64,000 nucleotides of DNA from an uncultured bacterium (GCA_963695335.1 OY968764.1:768001-832000), one strand, 5' to 3'; shown: positions 47,639 through 58,385, counted from the stretch's first letter. Program-made: numbers and translations. The notes: generated by a model from the sequence alone, not told the origin.

Positions 47639-48955
47639 ATGATAGATGTTTTTAAAAAGATAACTCTTCTGGTTGCTTTATTCGTTGGTGTTGTTAATGC
47701 AATGGATCATAGCATCTCTAGAAAAGAATCAAAATTTGATTTTTTGAAGTTGCATGAATTACAACCTTGGTATGAAACGTTGTCTCATGAACAAAAAGAT
47801 GCAATACAAAGTAATCTGAAAAAGCAGAATGAAAAAACTGTAGCACTTTTTAAAGTTACTACTGAGCTACCATTGGATGTACAAAAACTTGTTATTGCGC
47901 ATATGTTTGATGGTTATAGTTATACACGTTGTTATAAAGATGATCCTAATAAACATTTTGGTAAGTATGAAGGCGCTGTCAATAAATTTTATGCAAAGCC
48001 TATACGAGTTGTTTTTGATAATCAGAATAAGGCAGTAAAATTTCTTAATTTTTTGAAAGAAGATAGAGAGCGAGATTATAAATGTTTACATCCTCTTATA
48101 GATGATCCTAAAGCGCAACAGCATGTTATTTTTGAATTGTTAGAAGATATTCTTGTTTTTAATGCATGGCGGGGGAGTGAATGGCGCGGAATGGAAAGGG
48201 TTTGTTGTAAGAAAAGTGAATTGCAATCTATAGAGCGAGTTGTTAATACGTTCCCTACGATGATGCAACAAGTAAATTGGATAAATTTTAGATGTCATGA
48301 TTTGTCTACGCTTGATAATTTTAAAAAACGGTTTAGTAGAGAGCAATGGGTATTGTTGCCGCTTTGCTTACTTCCATTCGCTTCAAAATTGATTGCAAAA
48401 CCTTGGTATGAAGATTATGACTATATTGATCAAAATATTGTTGAGAAAAATAGTATAAAAAATTTTATTAATGCACATTTACAAGATAAATATAATGAAA
48501 CGGGTGATTTTGTCTGGTTATCTGGAATAAAACAACTCAAAAATCCTTTAGTAGAGACATGGAAGATTAATAGTGATGCTTTAGTTAAAAAAATAGCAAT
48601 ATATGCATCGGGAGGTTTTTTATTGGCTATGATTGGAGATAGCAACTTTTTCTCCAGAATGAAACAAATGAAACAAGATGGGCGTTTGTTGGAGAATGGG
48701 CAAGAAGTTGGAGTGTTTAGTATTATAAGTGGTGGGGTTGTCTTTGGAATAAAAACATTTTTTGAATATATTGCACCAAGAGTCATGGAACCATTATTGG
48801 AGCATCCTTTGTTGAGTATTGGTTGTATAACAGGTTGGTATGCTGTGAATGTTGCTCTTTATAATTTTATAAAAATGAGATCTTGGCGTGAAGATCATAT
48901 TGCAGGTAAGGATCTTTCTGCTTTATTACGACGTACTGATATTGAGATCGAATAG
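47639..48955 (+). CDS. Lineage-specific exported membrane protein, paralog 1 (F-box-like motif)
   Basis: Leader ending VNAMD; LPLDVQKLVIAHMF; C-terminal LLRRTDIEIE. Confidence 0.65.
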   Translation: MIDVFKKITLLVALFVGVVNAMDHSISRKESKFDFLKLHELQPWYETLSHEQKDAIQSNLKKQNEKTVALFKVTTELPLDVQKLVIAHMFDGYSYTRCYKDDPNKHFGKYEGAVNKFYAKPIRVVFDNQNKAVKFLNFLKEDRERDYKCLHPLIDDPKAQQHVIFELLEDILVFNAWRGSEWRGMERVCCKKSELQSIERVVNTFPTMMQQVNWINFRCHDLSTLDNFKKRFSREQWVLLPLCLLPFASKLIAKPWYEDYDYIDQNIVEKNSIKNFINAHLQDKYNETGDFVWLSGIKQLKNPLVETWKINSDALVKKIAIYASGGFLLAMIGDSNFFSRMKQMKQDGRLLENGQEVGVFSIISGGVVFGIKTFFEYIAPRVMEPLLEHPLLSIGCITGWYAVNVALYNFIKMRSWREDHIAGKDLSALLRRTDIEIE

Positions 48956-49010
48956 TATTGCATTGCTATTTTCTGAAAAACTTTTTTATCGTAAGGAAAA
49001 AAGGGAAGAT

Positions 49011-49376
49011 ATGTACGTAAATCCAAAAGAGTTTTTTAATCAAAATATTTTTGATATCGCGATAGAAAATGCATTTTATAGAAAAGAAATTGTAACTGGT
49101 CCGCATAGCCAAGTTGTTATCATGTGCCTTGAACAAGGACAAGAAATTGGTGCAGAAGCGCACACGGTTGATCAGATATTTATTTTTGTGCAAGGGCGCG
49201 GTCAAGTGATTATTAATGATGTTGTTTCTGAGGTGAAAGAACATCATTTAGTTTTTGTGCCTGCGGGAACAACGCATAATATTAAAAATATGGGCGCTGA
49301 TTATCTTAAGTTGATTACTATTTACGCTCCGGCAGAAGATGCAGTTGGGACGCTTGAGCAGAAAAAGGGTGAGTAG
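49011..49376 (+). CDS. Cupin domain protein
   Basis: EIGAEAH..DQ...V.G.G; VPAGTTHNI. Confidence 0.88.
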   Translation: MYVNPKEFFNQNIFDIAIENAFYRKEIVTGPHSQVVIMCLEQGQEIGAEAHTVDQIFIFVQGRGQVIINDVVSEVKEHHLVFVPAGTTHNIKNMGADYLKLITIYAPAEDAVGTLEQKKGE

Positions 49377-49379
49377 AAG

Positions 49380-49934
49380 TTGAAGAAGAAAATAACTGTA
49401 TTCACCATCGGGCATTCAACGCGATCAATTGATGAATTTGTAGAAATTCTTAAGCATTATCATATAACTGAATTGATCGATATTCGTACAATACCAAAAT
49501 CACGCCATAATCCGCAATTTAATGAGCATGAATTGGCGCACGCTTTACGTAATCATCATATTGGTTATCGTCATGAAAAACATTTGGGTGGGCTACGTCA
49601 TGCACATAAAGATTCAATTAATATGGCATGGGAAAATCTTTCCTTTCGTGGTTTTGCTGATTATATGCAGAGGGATGAATTTCATGAAGCTTTGCAAAAA
49701 CTTATAGAAATTGCGCATGAAAAAACAGTTGCAATTATGTGTGCTGAAGCGGTGCCATGGCGGTGTCACCGATCATTAATTGGCGATGCATTATTGGTGT
49801 ATGATATAGATGTTGAAGATATTTTTAGTGTAACATCAGTTAAGCCACACACGTTAACGCCATGGGCTGTTGTGCATGGTAAAAAGATAACATATCCTTT
49901 GCACTTCTACGCAAAAGTTACGAAAGGTGCTTGA
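49380..49934 (+). CDS. DUF488 family protein
   Basis: TIGHS, DIRT.P.SR..PQF, LGG.R, MCAE...WRCHR. Confidence 0.88.
   Translation: MKKKITVFTIGHSTRSIDEFVEILKHYHITELIDIRTIPKSRHNPQFNEHELAHALRNHHIGYRHEKHLGGLRHAHKDSINMAWENLSFRGFADYMQRDEFHEALQKLIEIAHEKTVAIMCAEAVPWRCHRSLIGDALLVYDIDVEDIFSVTSVKPHTLTPWAVVHGKKITYPLHFYAKVTKGA
49901..49930 (+). repeat. Degenerate B copy forming the DUF488 C-terminus (LHFYAKVTKGA)
   Basis: GCACTTCTACGCAAAAGTTACGAAAGGTGC. Confidence 0.55.
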
Positions 49935-49952
49935 GATAAAAAAGGGAGATGT

Positions 49953-50459
49953 ATGATCAAGTATCAAGTTGGTTATGGATTAAAAATTGTATTTGTTGGT
50001 ATTAATCCTCATCCAGGTTCATATAAGCGTGGCGTCCCATTTTCTAATAATAAAATGTTTTGGTATTTATTGAGTGATGCAGGACTTATTGATGAACCAC
50101 GAGAATTTTTAAAAGATGATAAAAAATTAAAACATTTTTATACGTATGAATTTAAAAAAAAATATCATTTTGGCATATTGAATTTAGTTGATAGACGAAC
50201 AAAGACAACCTCTGAGCTTAAAAAAAGTGAAGCGATACCTGGAAGAAAGCAGATATTAGCAGCAATACATAAGTATCAACCAGAAGTTGTCTGTTTTGTT
50301 GGTAAAATTACGTATCAATTGTTTAGTGATTTGAACGATGTTTCGTATGGTTGGCAGGCTGATATTGCATCATCGAAAATATATGTCATGCATGCACCTC
50401 ATCGTGGTGCTGCTCAGGAGCGCATTAAACAGCTTAAAGAGATTGCTAGAGCTTTATAG
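49953..50459 (+). CDS. mug: Mismatch-specific uracil-DNA glycosylase (family 2)
   Basis: VFVGINP, N.MFW, GILNLVDR.T....EL, VCFVGK. Confidence 0.8.
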   Translation: MIKYQVGYGLKIVFVGINPHPGSYKRGVPFSNNKMFWYLLSDAGLIDEPREFLKDDKKLKHFYTYEFKKKYHFGILNLVDRRTKTTSELKKSEAIPGRKQILAAIHKYQPEVVCFVGKITYQLFSDLNDVSYGWQADIASSKIYVMHAPHRGAAQERIKQLKEIARAL

Positions 50460-51534
50460 TGTTGAAATTAATTTCGGTTGAATTGTTTATATCAGATAAA
50501 GCGGCAGTTAGAATACCTGTATTATCTTCATCAAGTTTTTTTAACCAAGCGGTTTTTGCATTAGAGTTGTTTGTTAATGTTTTTATACAGAGTAATTGAT
50601 AATCATTATGGCTTTTCATTTTCAGACTTTGATCATCATCAATATCTGCAGTGGTAACAATATCTGCATGGGCAAACCCGTTTTTTTTCAGAAAATCGTA
50701 ATAACTATCAATTTGATCGTGAATATATAAAGAAATGTGTGCCAGGGGAAATTGTTGTGTTAGCCATGATAAGAATTGTTTACATTGTACTTCTTTGAAA
50801 AGATAGTTCAAGAGGAATTGTTTATATAATTGCCCAGTTGTTAGTGCCCATATATATTGAATTCTTAAAACATCTTTTGTTTGATTGCGTGCATGTTTTA
50901 CGTATTCTTCTACGCGAGAACTTAGATCAAAAGATATTGGATCGGTTGTTATTCTTCGTGAATTGTTCAAGAAGTCTATCGCATTTACATAGCAGGTATT
51001 TCTGTCATCTATGCAATGAATAGTGATGTGTGCCTTTGGTAGCTCTATGAGTGTTTTTGTAGCAGTAATCAGAGTTTGGAATATGTCACCAGAGGCAAAG
51101 TCTGTATACGTAACAGAATTGGTTGGAGACGTTTGTAATTTGTTGATTAATAATTGACTTGCATATTTTTCAAAAGATGCTCTTGAGTGTGGTTTATAAA
51201 GTCTACTTAAGAGGCAATGATCATTATGTTTTGGATTATCATCTTCGGTGCATTCTCTAATGAAAAATAAAGGAAATTCCTGTCCATGTTTTTGAGCGAG
51301 TGTGCTGTAATCTTGTATGAATGCTGTGAGATCAAGGGAATAGTCTTTCTGGTTGAGAAGAATGTGAGCATTTGTGCAAAATTTATCAGATGCCGCTTTG
51401 TTTTTTATAAGATACTCTACGGGATTGGCAACTAATGCATCAGCCGTATAGGCTGTTTCCATGCTTATGAGGTTAAAACTGAGATTGAGTAGAAGAGTAA
51501 TAGATAGTATGAGATTTGTTTTTTGTAATATCAT
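50446..51534 (-). CDS. Secreted hypothetical protein
   Basis: Leader ending LISME; YTDFASGD weakly resembles a SAM-binding motif. Confidence 0.6.
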   Translation of the reverse strand: MILQKTNLILSITLLLNLSFNLISMETAYTADALVANPVEYLIKNKAASDKFCTNAHILLNQKDYSLDLTAFIQDYSTLAQKHGQEFPLFFIRECTEDDNPKHNDHCLLSRLYKPHSRASFEKYASQLLINKLQTSPTNSVTYTDFASGDIFQTLITATKTLIELPKAHITIHCIDDRNTCYVNAIDFLNNSRRITTDPISFDLSSRVEEYVKHARNQTKDVLRIQYIWALTTGQLYKQFLLNYLFKEVQCKQFLSWLTQQFPLAHISLYIHDQIDSYYDFLKKNGFAHADIVTTADIDDDQSLKMKSHNDYQLLCIKTLTNNSNAKTAWLKKLDEDNTGILTAALSDINNSTEINFNTIKL

Positions 51535-51614
51535 AATGTTCTTTTTCTTTATAATAGTGTATTTTGGTCACCATTATAATGGCATATACGTAAGTAAGCA
51601 ATTGAGAATTTACA

Positions 51615-52856
51615 ATGAAAGTAGTAAGAGTGTCTGTTTTTCAAAAAATAATTATATTGTGTTGTATTTTGGTGCTAAGTTCTACTCATGCAATGGAGTG
51701 TGAACATGAGCTTATCTCTTTTAAATCATTATATGGTGCTCCTTTAATAAGCTTGCATAATGGCAAGCAATGGTTTGCAACATTATCACAAGAAAAACAG
51801 CAACGGATATGTGATCAAATAGAATCGCAAAAAAATAAAGGGCTTACTGCGTTATTGCATATGGTTGCATTACCACAAGATATACAAAAATCTATAGTAG
51901 CGCATTTATTTGAAAATGGTGAATGTCACAAAGCTGCAGATATATTTTGTAAAATTCCTCTCTGTGATGCGCTTAATCGATATCAAGTATCAAGAAAAAT
52001 AGTTCAAAATCCGGAAGCATTTAGTTTTTATAAGGAATCTTCTTTTCCATTGCACGTTATTTTTGAGTATGCAGATGATATCAAGGTATATCATAAGACC
52101 ATGGAGTATCATGACATTGGTTATTCCTCAAGAAAAGAGTTGGAAAGTTTGGAAAGAGTGATGCGAGTATTTAAAAACGCTGTTGGACGAACTAGATATT
52201 TGAAATATCAATTTTATAATAAGCACATTACTTTTGATCATATTAAAAAAGAGTTTTGTGATCAGATGTTGTTGTTGCCGATTGTTATATCGGCATATAT
52301 ATTTTTGATGTTTCCTTTAAGATGGCAGCGAGTTTGTAATCGGTGTAATATTGAGTATAATGCCGCAGCTGATGATTTGAATAAAGCAATCAGTGTTTTT
52401 AATGATAAAGTTGGATATCTGCGTCAAATAACGGGTGGTGATTATGAGTATTGTTCATATACTTACAAGCAAGAGGAAGAACCTATTATTTGGCATGGCG
52501 CGCACTATAAAAAGTGGTCTGGTGTTTTGGGGGTAACGTGGATAGCTTTTCTTTTGGGACTTAAGCATCGAGAGATAGATCGTGCAGTGGGCAAGTTTGG
52601 TGACAAAAATAGTTCTCAAAAAGTACGTTCTATTCTGACTACATTGTCTGGTATGTGTGGTGTGTATACAACAATGTCATGTATTGCGGCACAGTTTGAA
52701 GAAAATTCATTCTATGGGGTTGGTTGTATGACAAGTTTATATATGCTGCTTTGTTCTTGTTATAATGTCTACAAGGTGAAAAGTTTGCAAGAAGATGAGG
52801 TCTCAAGTTGGGATATTCAACCATTATTACAACGTATTAGTATTGAGATAATTTAA
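51615..52856 (+). CDS. Lineage-specific exported membrane protein, paralog 2
   Basis: THAME; ELISFKSL.G.PLISL.NG..W; LPQDIQKSIVAHLF; LLQRISIEII. Confidence 0.7.
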   Translation: MKVVRVSVFQKIIILCCILVLSSTHAMECEHELISFKSLYGAPLISLHNGKQWFATLSQEKQQRICDQIESQKNKGLTALLHMVALPQDIQKSIVAHLFENGECHKAADIFCKIPLCDALNRYQVSRKIVQNPEAFSFYKESSFPLHVIFEYADDIKVYHKTMEYHDIGYSSRKELESLERVMRVFKNAVGRTRYLKYQFYNKHITFDHIKKEFCDQMLLLPIVISAYIFLMFPLRWQRVCNRCNIEYNAAADDLNKAISVFNDKVGYLRQITGGDYEYCSYTYKQEEEPIIWHGAHYKKWSGVLGVTWIAFLLGLKHREIDRAVGKFGDKNSSQKVRSILTTLSGMCGVYTTMSCIAAQFEENSFYGVGCMTSLYMLLCSCYNVYKVKSLQEDEVSSWDIQPLLQRISIEII

Positions 52857-52858
52857 TT

Positions 52859-54202
52859 ATGAATAATAAAAATCTGTTGTTACTTATTTTGATGTTTGTG
52901 AATACAGCATCTGCTATGAAGCGTAAAGGTGAGCCACATCGCTGTGAGACTTATGAAAAAAGAAATGAGCTTATTTCGTTTAAATCATTACAAGGTTTTC
53001 CTTTAATAAGTTTGGATAATGGGCAAAAATGGGCAGAAAGATTGTCGGAAACAGAGTTGAAAAAAGTACGTAAACAGATTATGTGGCAAAAAGATGAGCG
53101 GCTTACAGCTTTGTTGCATATGATTGAGCTACCACAAGAGCTACAAAGGCTTATAGCAGCGCATATTTTTGAAGGCTATAAAAAAGTTACCAATCGATCA
53201 AATCCGCTAGAGGTACATATTTTTGACCTTTGTAAAAAAGTTATTAATCTATCAAATCTGCAGGTTTTTGCTGAATATAAAAATGCTGCAGATTTGTTTT
53301 GTACAATGCCTTTATGTGATGTTCTTGATCAATATGATTTATCAATGCAAATATTTCAAGATCCAGAAAAATATAGTGTTAAACCAAATCTTCTTCCATT
53401 GCATCTGATTTTTGAATATGCGCGTGATATCAAGGTGAATCATAATATTCAGGAACGTAAATGCAATATTTGTTCTCAACAAGAGTTGGAGAGCGTGGCA
53501 CGGGTTATGAATGTATTTGGTAAGTATGTTGATCATTATGATTGTCGATATCAATTTTATGATCAACCAATTATGACCATCAATAATTTTAAAAAGCAAT
53601 GGAATGGAGATCAGTTTTGTTTATTACTAGTTTTTTTAGCGACGTATGTGCTTTCAACTTTTCCTGATGGATGCGATTATGTCCTTAATCAAGATAATAT
53701 TGAATTCAATAAGGTGGTATATGAGTTTAATCAAGACCTGAGTCTTTTAGTTCAGAAAACAGGACGCAAATCTTTTTGGGAATCACGTGTTAAAGGGTTG
53801 GATCCGCATGATTGCTTTATAAATGATTTTGGGGCTTGTAAAATTTCTGCTGGAATTGTGATGGCGACCGTGGTTCTCTATTATTGCCATCGGTATCATG
53901 AGTATTGGAGAACAAGTGCTATAGCGATAAGGGAGAGATATTCGCTGAGATTCACCGGAGCTCTTGTGGGATGCTTGGCTTGGGGCACTCTTATTGGATG
54001 GAAAGCTTCATTTTCTATGTTGCTGTACCTTTCATCATGTTTTCCAGGAGGATCTTTTGTTGGCACTGGTTGTATGGCGCTTGTTTATGCAATGGCGTGT
54101 AGTGGTTATAACATACATAAAATGAATCGGTTGCAAGAAGGCTGTGTTTGGCGGCAACATATTCCTGAGTTATTGCAACGTACTGATATTCAAATAATTT
54201 AA
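52859..54202 (+). CDS. Lineage-specific exported membrane protein, paralog 3
   Basis: ASAMK; ELISFKSLQGFPLISLDNG; LPQELQRLIAAHIF; LLQRTDIQII. Confidence 0.7.
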   Translation: MNNKNLLLLILMFVNTASAMKRKGEPHRCETYEKRNELISFKSLQGFPLISLDNGQKWAERLSETELKKVRKQIMWQKDERLTALLHMIELPQELQRLIAAHIFEGYKKVTNRSNPLEVHIFDLCKKVINLSNLQVFAEYKNAADLFCTMPLCDVLDQYDLSMQIFQDPEKYSVKPNLLPLHLIFEYARDIKVNHNIQERKCNICSQQELESVARVMNVFGKYVDHYDCRYQFYDQPIMTINNFKKQWNGDQFCLLLVFLATYVLSTFPDGCDYVLNQDNIEFNKVVYEFNQDLSLLVQKTGRKSFWESRVKGLDPHDCFINDFGACKISAGIVMATVVLYYCHRYHEYWRTSAIAIRERYSLRFTGALVGCLAWGTLIGWKASFSMLLYLSSCFPGGSFVGTGCMALVYAMACSGYNIHKMNRLQEGCVWRQHIPELLQRTDIQII

Positions 54203-54211
54203 TACTGTTTT

Positions 54212-55936
54212 CTATCCAAACGTAAATACATATGCATCGATACCTTTTGAACATTGCAGTGTTAGTGTATGTCTGCCATATTTTTCTTTTACATCAATAA
54301 TTTCATACATTTGTGGTTGATGAATTTTGATTGAAGAAACTGGTTTTCCGTCAAGGAAAACCATAATTTGTTGTGGTGTATCGGATTGCGCAACAAGATA
54401 GACATGTGTTGCGATGAAATTTAAGATGATTTCACTGGTATCTTGTTCGCTATGAATATGATCAGGTGCAATGGTCCAGGTGCCTGTTAGGCCAACTTGA
54501 TCATTGCCAAGAGGTTGTGTTGGATATGATTGTTTGCCACGTTCAGAGCCAAGGTAAGTTTCTTGAGTGATGTGTTGTCCTTCGACAGCTTCCGACTTCG
54601 CCAAGGCTTCGTCGGACACGGCAGGACGAGCGGGGGATGGGGTAGGTTTTTTCTCGATAGAAGGCATGTTGAGCAATGCACGGATTGCATTTTCCATTTC
54701 TACGTAATCACCTTCACCAAAATGTGTTTTGACAATGTTGCCATCTTGATTAATCAGATAATGTGCAGGCCAATAATGATTATTGTATGCTTGCCATGTT
54801 TGATAATTATTATCAAGTGCCACAGGATAGGTGATATTAAATCTTTTAACAGCATCTTCTACATGTTGTTTATTTTTTTCAAAAGCAAATTCTGGTGTAT
54901 GAATACCGATGATTTCTAAACCTTTATCTTTGTATTCTTTGTACCATTCAGTAACATGTGGTAATGTGCGAACGCAATTGATACATGAATATGTCCAAAA
55001 ATCGAGAAGTACAACTTTTCCCTTGAGTTGTGCAAGCGTGAGTGGTTTTGAATTAATCCAATCAGTGATGCCAACAAGTTCAGGAGCTTGACGTTCGCTT
55101 TCAGAGCGAACGTAATTTGATTTTTTGAGCATAGTAAGTTCCTTTTGTAGTTTGCTACTGTTTTCGATAGTAATGGAGGGGAATAGGTGCGCAACTTTTT
55201 CTTGGATGAATGTATCAACGTGGAATATCATCGCGAGAGCACTTACGATAATAATGATTCCAAAAATTTGTCTGATGGTATGAGTGTAAGGTGTAAGGGC
55301 AGTCGTTGATTGTATAATTTTTGTGCCACCAAAAGAGATTAATAACATTGGTATTGCTGCGCCGAGGCTATAAGAAAGTGTCATAAGTATGGTGGTAAGC
55401 GTAATTCCTTTTGTTGCAGCAATGACGGTGATGGTTGCCAAAATGGGCCCTGCACAGGGAGTCCAGATAAGACCAAGAGCAATTCCTACAATAAGGCCAG
55501 TAAAAAATTCTACGTACCCCTTGTTTTGCGGTTCAATGTTGGCAGGGGTTTGGCTTGAAGCATTTATTGGTGAGCTTGACGATGTATCGGGAACAATTTT
55601 CTTTTCGATTGAACTGCCAAGTTGCGCTATAAAACTGGTCATTATAGTAAACTTATTTTCTAACCATGGAATGATCATGGTAAGTCCAAAGAAAATTACA
55701 ATCCCGAGTGCAATAGCGCGGAAGATATCAGGAGATATGCCAGTTGCTTCTACAATTGCAGTCATTGCAAGGGTAAAGAATGAGAAGCTTGTAACAAAGC
55801 CGGCAATAATTCCAAATGGTTTAGAATGTGTTCCGTTGCTGCTTGTTGCAAGCAAAAGGGGCGCAATAGAGAGAATGCATGGTGAAAGTATGGTAATAAA
55901 ACCGGCTATAAATGCGAAGATGAGAAGTATGATCAT
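54212..55936 (-). CDS. dipZ: DipZ-like protein (CcdA/DsbD TM domain, thioredoxin and C-terminal domain)
   Basis: SPCIL, WTPCAGPILA, DFWTYSCINC, HTPEF, YWPAHYL, ETYLG, FTFG. Confidence 0.88.
   Translation of the reverse strand: MIILLIFAFIAGFITILSPCILSIAPLLLATSSNGTHSKPFGIIAGFVTSFSFFTLAMTAIVEATGISPDIFRAIALGIVIFFGLTMIIPWLENKFTIMTSFIAQLGSSIEKKIVPDTSSSSPINASSQTPANIEPQNKGYVEFFTGLIVGIALGLIWTPCAGPILATITVIAATKGITLTTILMTLSYSLGAAIPMLLISFGGTKIIQSTTALTPYTHTIRQIFGIIIIVSALAMIFHVDTFIQEKVAHLFPSITIENSSKLQKELTMLKKSNYVRSESERQAPELVGITDWINSKPLTLAQLKGKVVLLDFWTYSCINCVRTLPHVTEWYKEYKDKGLEIIGIHTPEFAFEKNKQHVEDAVKRFNITYPVALDNNYQTWQAYNNHYWPAHYLINQDGNIVKTHFGEGDYVEMENAIRALLNMPSIEKKPTPSPARPAVSDEALAKSEAVEGQHITQETYLGSERGKQSYPTQPLGNDQVGLTGTWTIAPDHIHSEQDTSEIILNFIATHVYLVAQSDTPQQIMVFLDGKPVSSIKIHQPQMYEIIDVKEKYGRHTLTLQCSKGIDAYVFTFG
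54578..54634. repeat. A monomer with inserted B copy (54591-54621), translated in frame in DipZ
   Basis: CCTTCGACAGCT|TCCGACTTCGCCAAGGCTTCGTCGGACACGG|CAGGACGAGCGG; peptide PARPAVSDEALAKSEAVEGQ. Confidence 0.88.
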
Positions 55937-55942
55937 ATCTAT

Positions 55943-56143
55943 TTATTTTTTAAACCATGCGTAGTGGATGAGGAAAACTGCTATAGCTGCCCAAATTATT
56001 AACATCCAAAAATTGTAATCAGTAGAAATAGTAAATCCTAAAAGCGTGATTGGTAATACATTGCTTGCTGCTAATACACCATGAAATCCTACTTTAGCAA
56101 CGGCTACGCCAGAAAAAAATTTAGCGAGTTCTCTTTTATGCAT
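55943..56143 (-). CDS. Small two-TM membrane protein
   Basis: MHKRELAKFFSG..., AGGA RBS; coupled to dipZ. Confidence 0.65.
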   Translation of the reverse strand: MHKRELAKFFSGVAVAKVGFHGVLAASNVLPITLLGFTISTDYNFWMLIIWAAIAVFLIHYAWFKK

Positions 56144-56296
56144 ATTCGATCCTTTTTTTTGAAGAAAATGTACTTTGATTACGTTATATAATGAATATGT
56201 TCCTAAAATCAATAGAATTGTTCTTTAGGACAAATTGAAAATTTTAATAAAAATGATACGATAAAGGGAGCAAGTTATTGGATTGTCAGGGGAAAA

Positions 56297-57346
56297 ATGA
56301 AAAAAATGAAGGTTGCGGTTCTTGTTTCTGGTGGAGTTGATAGCTCCGTTGCGCTGCAATTGCTCAAAAACCAGGGGCATGATGTAACCGCCTTTTATCT
56401 TAAAATTTGGCTTGAAGATGAACTTTCTTATTTGGGTGATTGCCCATGGGAAAATGATTTGAACTTTGTAAAACAGGTGTGCGATCAGCTGGAAGTTCCG
56501 CTTGAAGTGGTATCTTTGCAAAAAGAGTATAAAGATGAAGTGGTAGCCTATACTGTTGCAGAGGTTGAGGCAGGCCGCACCCCAAATCCTGATATTTTAT
56601 GTAATCAACGTATTAAATTTGGTCTTTTCTTGGATAAAATAGATGCAAGCTTTGAAAAAGTTGCTTCTGGGCATTATGCACAAAGCCGTGAAAAAGATGG
56701 CATTGTTGAACTTGTGCAATCGCCGGATCCAGTTAAAGATCAAACTTATTTTTTATCCCATTTGAGTCAACAACAGTTGCAACGTGTGATGTTCCCCATT
56801 GGCCATTTACAAAAAAGTGAAGTGCGTGCATTAGCGCATGAATTTAATTTACCCAATAAAGATCGCAAAGATAGCCAGGGAATATGCTTTTTAGGCAAGT
56901 TTAAGTTTAGTGATTTTATTAAACATCATCTTGGTACGCAAACTGGTGCTATGATAGAAGTTGAAACCGGTAAACTCATGGGAACTCACAATGGATTCTG
57001 GTTTTATACCATTGGCCAACGGCAAGGTCTTGGGCTTGGTGGCGGACCGTGGTATGTTGTTGCAAAAGATATTGATAAAAATATCGTTTTCATTTCCCGT
57101 AATTATTATGATGATGCAAAAGAACGTAATAGTTTCAGTATCAAAAAAATTCACTGGTTGAGTGAGTTGCATTCAGGGAAAAACAATTTTGCAGTTAAAT
57201 TGCGTCACGGAGCACAGCGTTATGAATGTATTATTAACGGGCAAGTAGTGACACTTTCTGGGCGTGACCAGGGGATTGCTCCGGGGCAGTATGCAGTGTT
57301 TTATGATGGTGATGTATGTGTGGGTAGTGCGGTAATTACACAGTAG
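56297..57346 (+). CDS. mnmA: tRNA 2-thiouridylase MnmA
   Basis: SGGVDS, TPNPDILCN, SGHYA, KDQTYFL, DSQGICF, TIGQR, PGQ. Confidence 0.96.
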   Translation: MKKMKVAVLVSGGVDSSVALQLLKNQGHDVTAFYLKIWLEDELSYLGDCPWENDLNFVKQVCDQLEVPLEVVSLQKEYKDEVVAYTVAEVEAGRTPNPDILCNQRIKFGLFLDKIDASFEKVASGHYAQSREKDGIVELVQSPDPVKDQTYFLSHLSQQQLQRVMFPIGHLQKSEVRALAHEFNLPNKDRKDSQGICFLGKFKFSDFIKHHLGTQTGAMIEVETGKLMGTHNGFWFYTIGQRQGLGLGGGPWYVVAKDIDKNIVFISRNYYDDAKERNSFSIKKIHWLSELHSGKNNFAVKLRHGAQRYECIINGQVVTLSGRDQGIAPGQYAVFYDGDVCVGSAVITQ

Positions 57347-57350
57347 TATC

Positions 57351-57962
57351 ATGAAAAAAATTAATCTTAAAAAATTTACGCTTGCCATATTTCAGCATCT
57401 GCCTGAAACAGAAAAGCGTATCACTATTCCAACACTTTTCACGCTTTCACGCATTGTTGTTATTCCGATTATCATTGGCGCTATGATTACAAATTCATGG
57501 GGATGTGCATTTTTTTTCTTTGTTTTCGCATGTTTGACTGATGTTGTTGATGGTCTTTTGGCGCGCTATTTGAATGAGAAAACATTTCTTGGTGCATGTC
57601 TTGATCCAATAGCGGATAAACTGTTATTGATATCATGTTTTTTTACATTGGCTTTTATATCAACGCCACTGTTTTCTATTCCACGCTGGTTTGTTTTGTT
57701 TGTCGTAAGTAAAGAAGTTATTCAAATAGCTGGAGCAATTATTATTTATGCGATTCGTGGTCACCTGAATGTGCAGCCGACAATTTTGGGTAAAACAACA
57801 ACTTTTATCCAGATGCTTTTTATTATATGGCTTTTTGCATGCTACTTTTTTTGTTGGGTGCCTATTAAAACGTATTACACAATGCTTGGTATTATGATAT
57901 TTTTTATGAGTGGTACATTTATGCAATATGCACGCATTGGTTTATTTAAAACAGTAAGATAA
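57351..57962 (+). CDS. CDP-alcohol phosphatidyltransferase (PgsA-like)
   Basis: TD..DG.LAR.....TFLG..LDPIADK. Confidence 0.9.
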   Translation: MKKINLKKFTLAIFQHLPETEKRITIPTLFTLSRIVVIPIIIGAMITNSWGCAFFFFVFACLTDVVDGLLARYLNEKTFLGACLDPIADKLLLISCFFTLAFISTPLFSIPRWFVLFVVSKEVIQIAGAIIIYAIRGHLNVQPTILGKTTTFIQMLFIIWLFACYFFCWVPIKTYYTMLGIMIFFMSGTFMQYARIGLFKTVR

Positions 57963-57965
57963 TTC

Positions 57966-58385
57966 ATGAAAAAATACGTTGGTTTTTTTGCCCTTATGAT
58001 TGGCATCTGTAGTGCTTGTTCTTTGGAGCAAGAGCAAGAGCTTATTATTGTTCCCAAAAATAAAAAAAAATATGTTTCAAAAGAGCAATGTATAGAGCTT
58101 AAAATAGATGCAGTTGTTGTGTTGAACGAACTTAATAGATCACTTAATAATTTGCGGCAAACCGTTGATGCTATTCAAAAAGAAGATCTGCAGATGTTGA
58201 GTGATTATGCTGATGGTGAAAAGGAATGCTTTTTCAAGCGTGCAGGTAAAGTTGGGTTGACCAATTATCATGCTAAAGAAACAAAAAAAACGCATGATTT
58301 AGAGCGATATGCACGTAAAATTAATAAAATACAGCAAGATCTTCATTTTCTCTGCATGGAAATGCAAAAAATTCAGTCTGAATAA
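57966..58385 (+). CDS. Hypothetical exported coiled-coil protein
   Basis: Signal peptide, possibly lipoprotein. Confidence 0.6.
   Translation: MKKYVGFFALMIGICSACSLEQEQELIIVPKNKKKYVSKEQCIELKIDAVVVLNELNRSLNNLRQTVDAIQKEDLQMLSDYADGEKECFFKRAGKVGLTNYHAKETKKTHDLERYARKINKIQQDLHFLCMEMQKIQSE

Noticed and set aside
49011..50459. cupin-DUF488-mug cluster as an anti-phage or DNA-modification system
   Set aside because: All three are widespread families and nothing in the sequence links them to defence.
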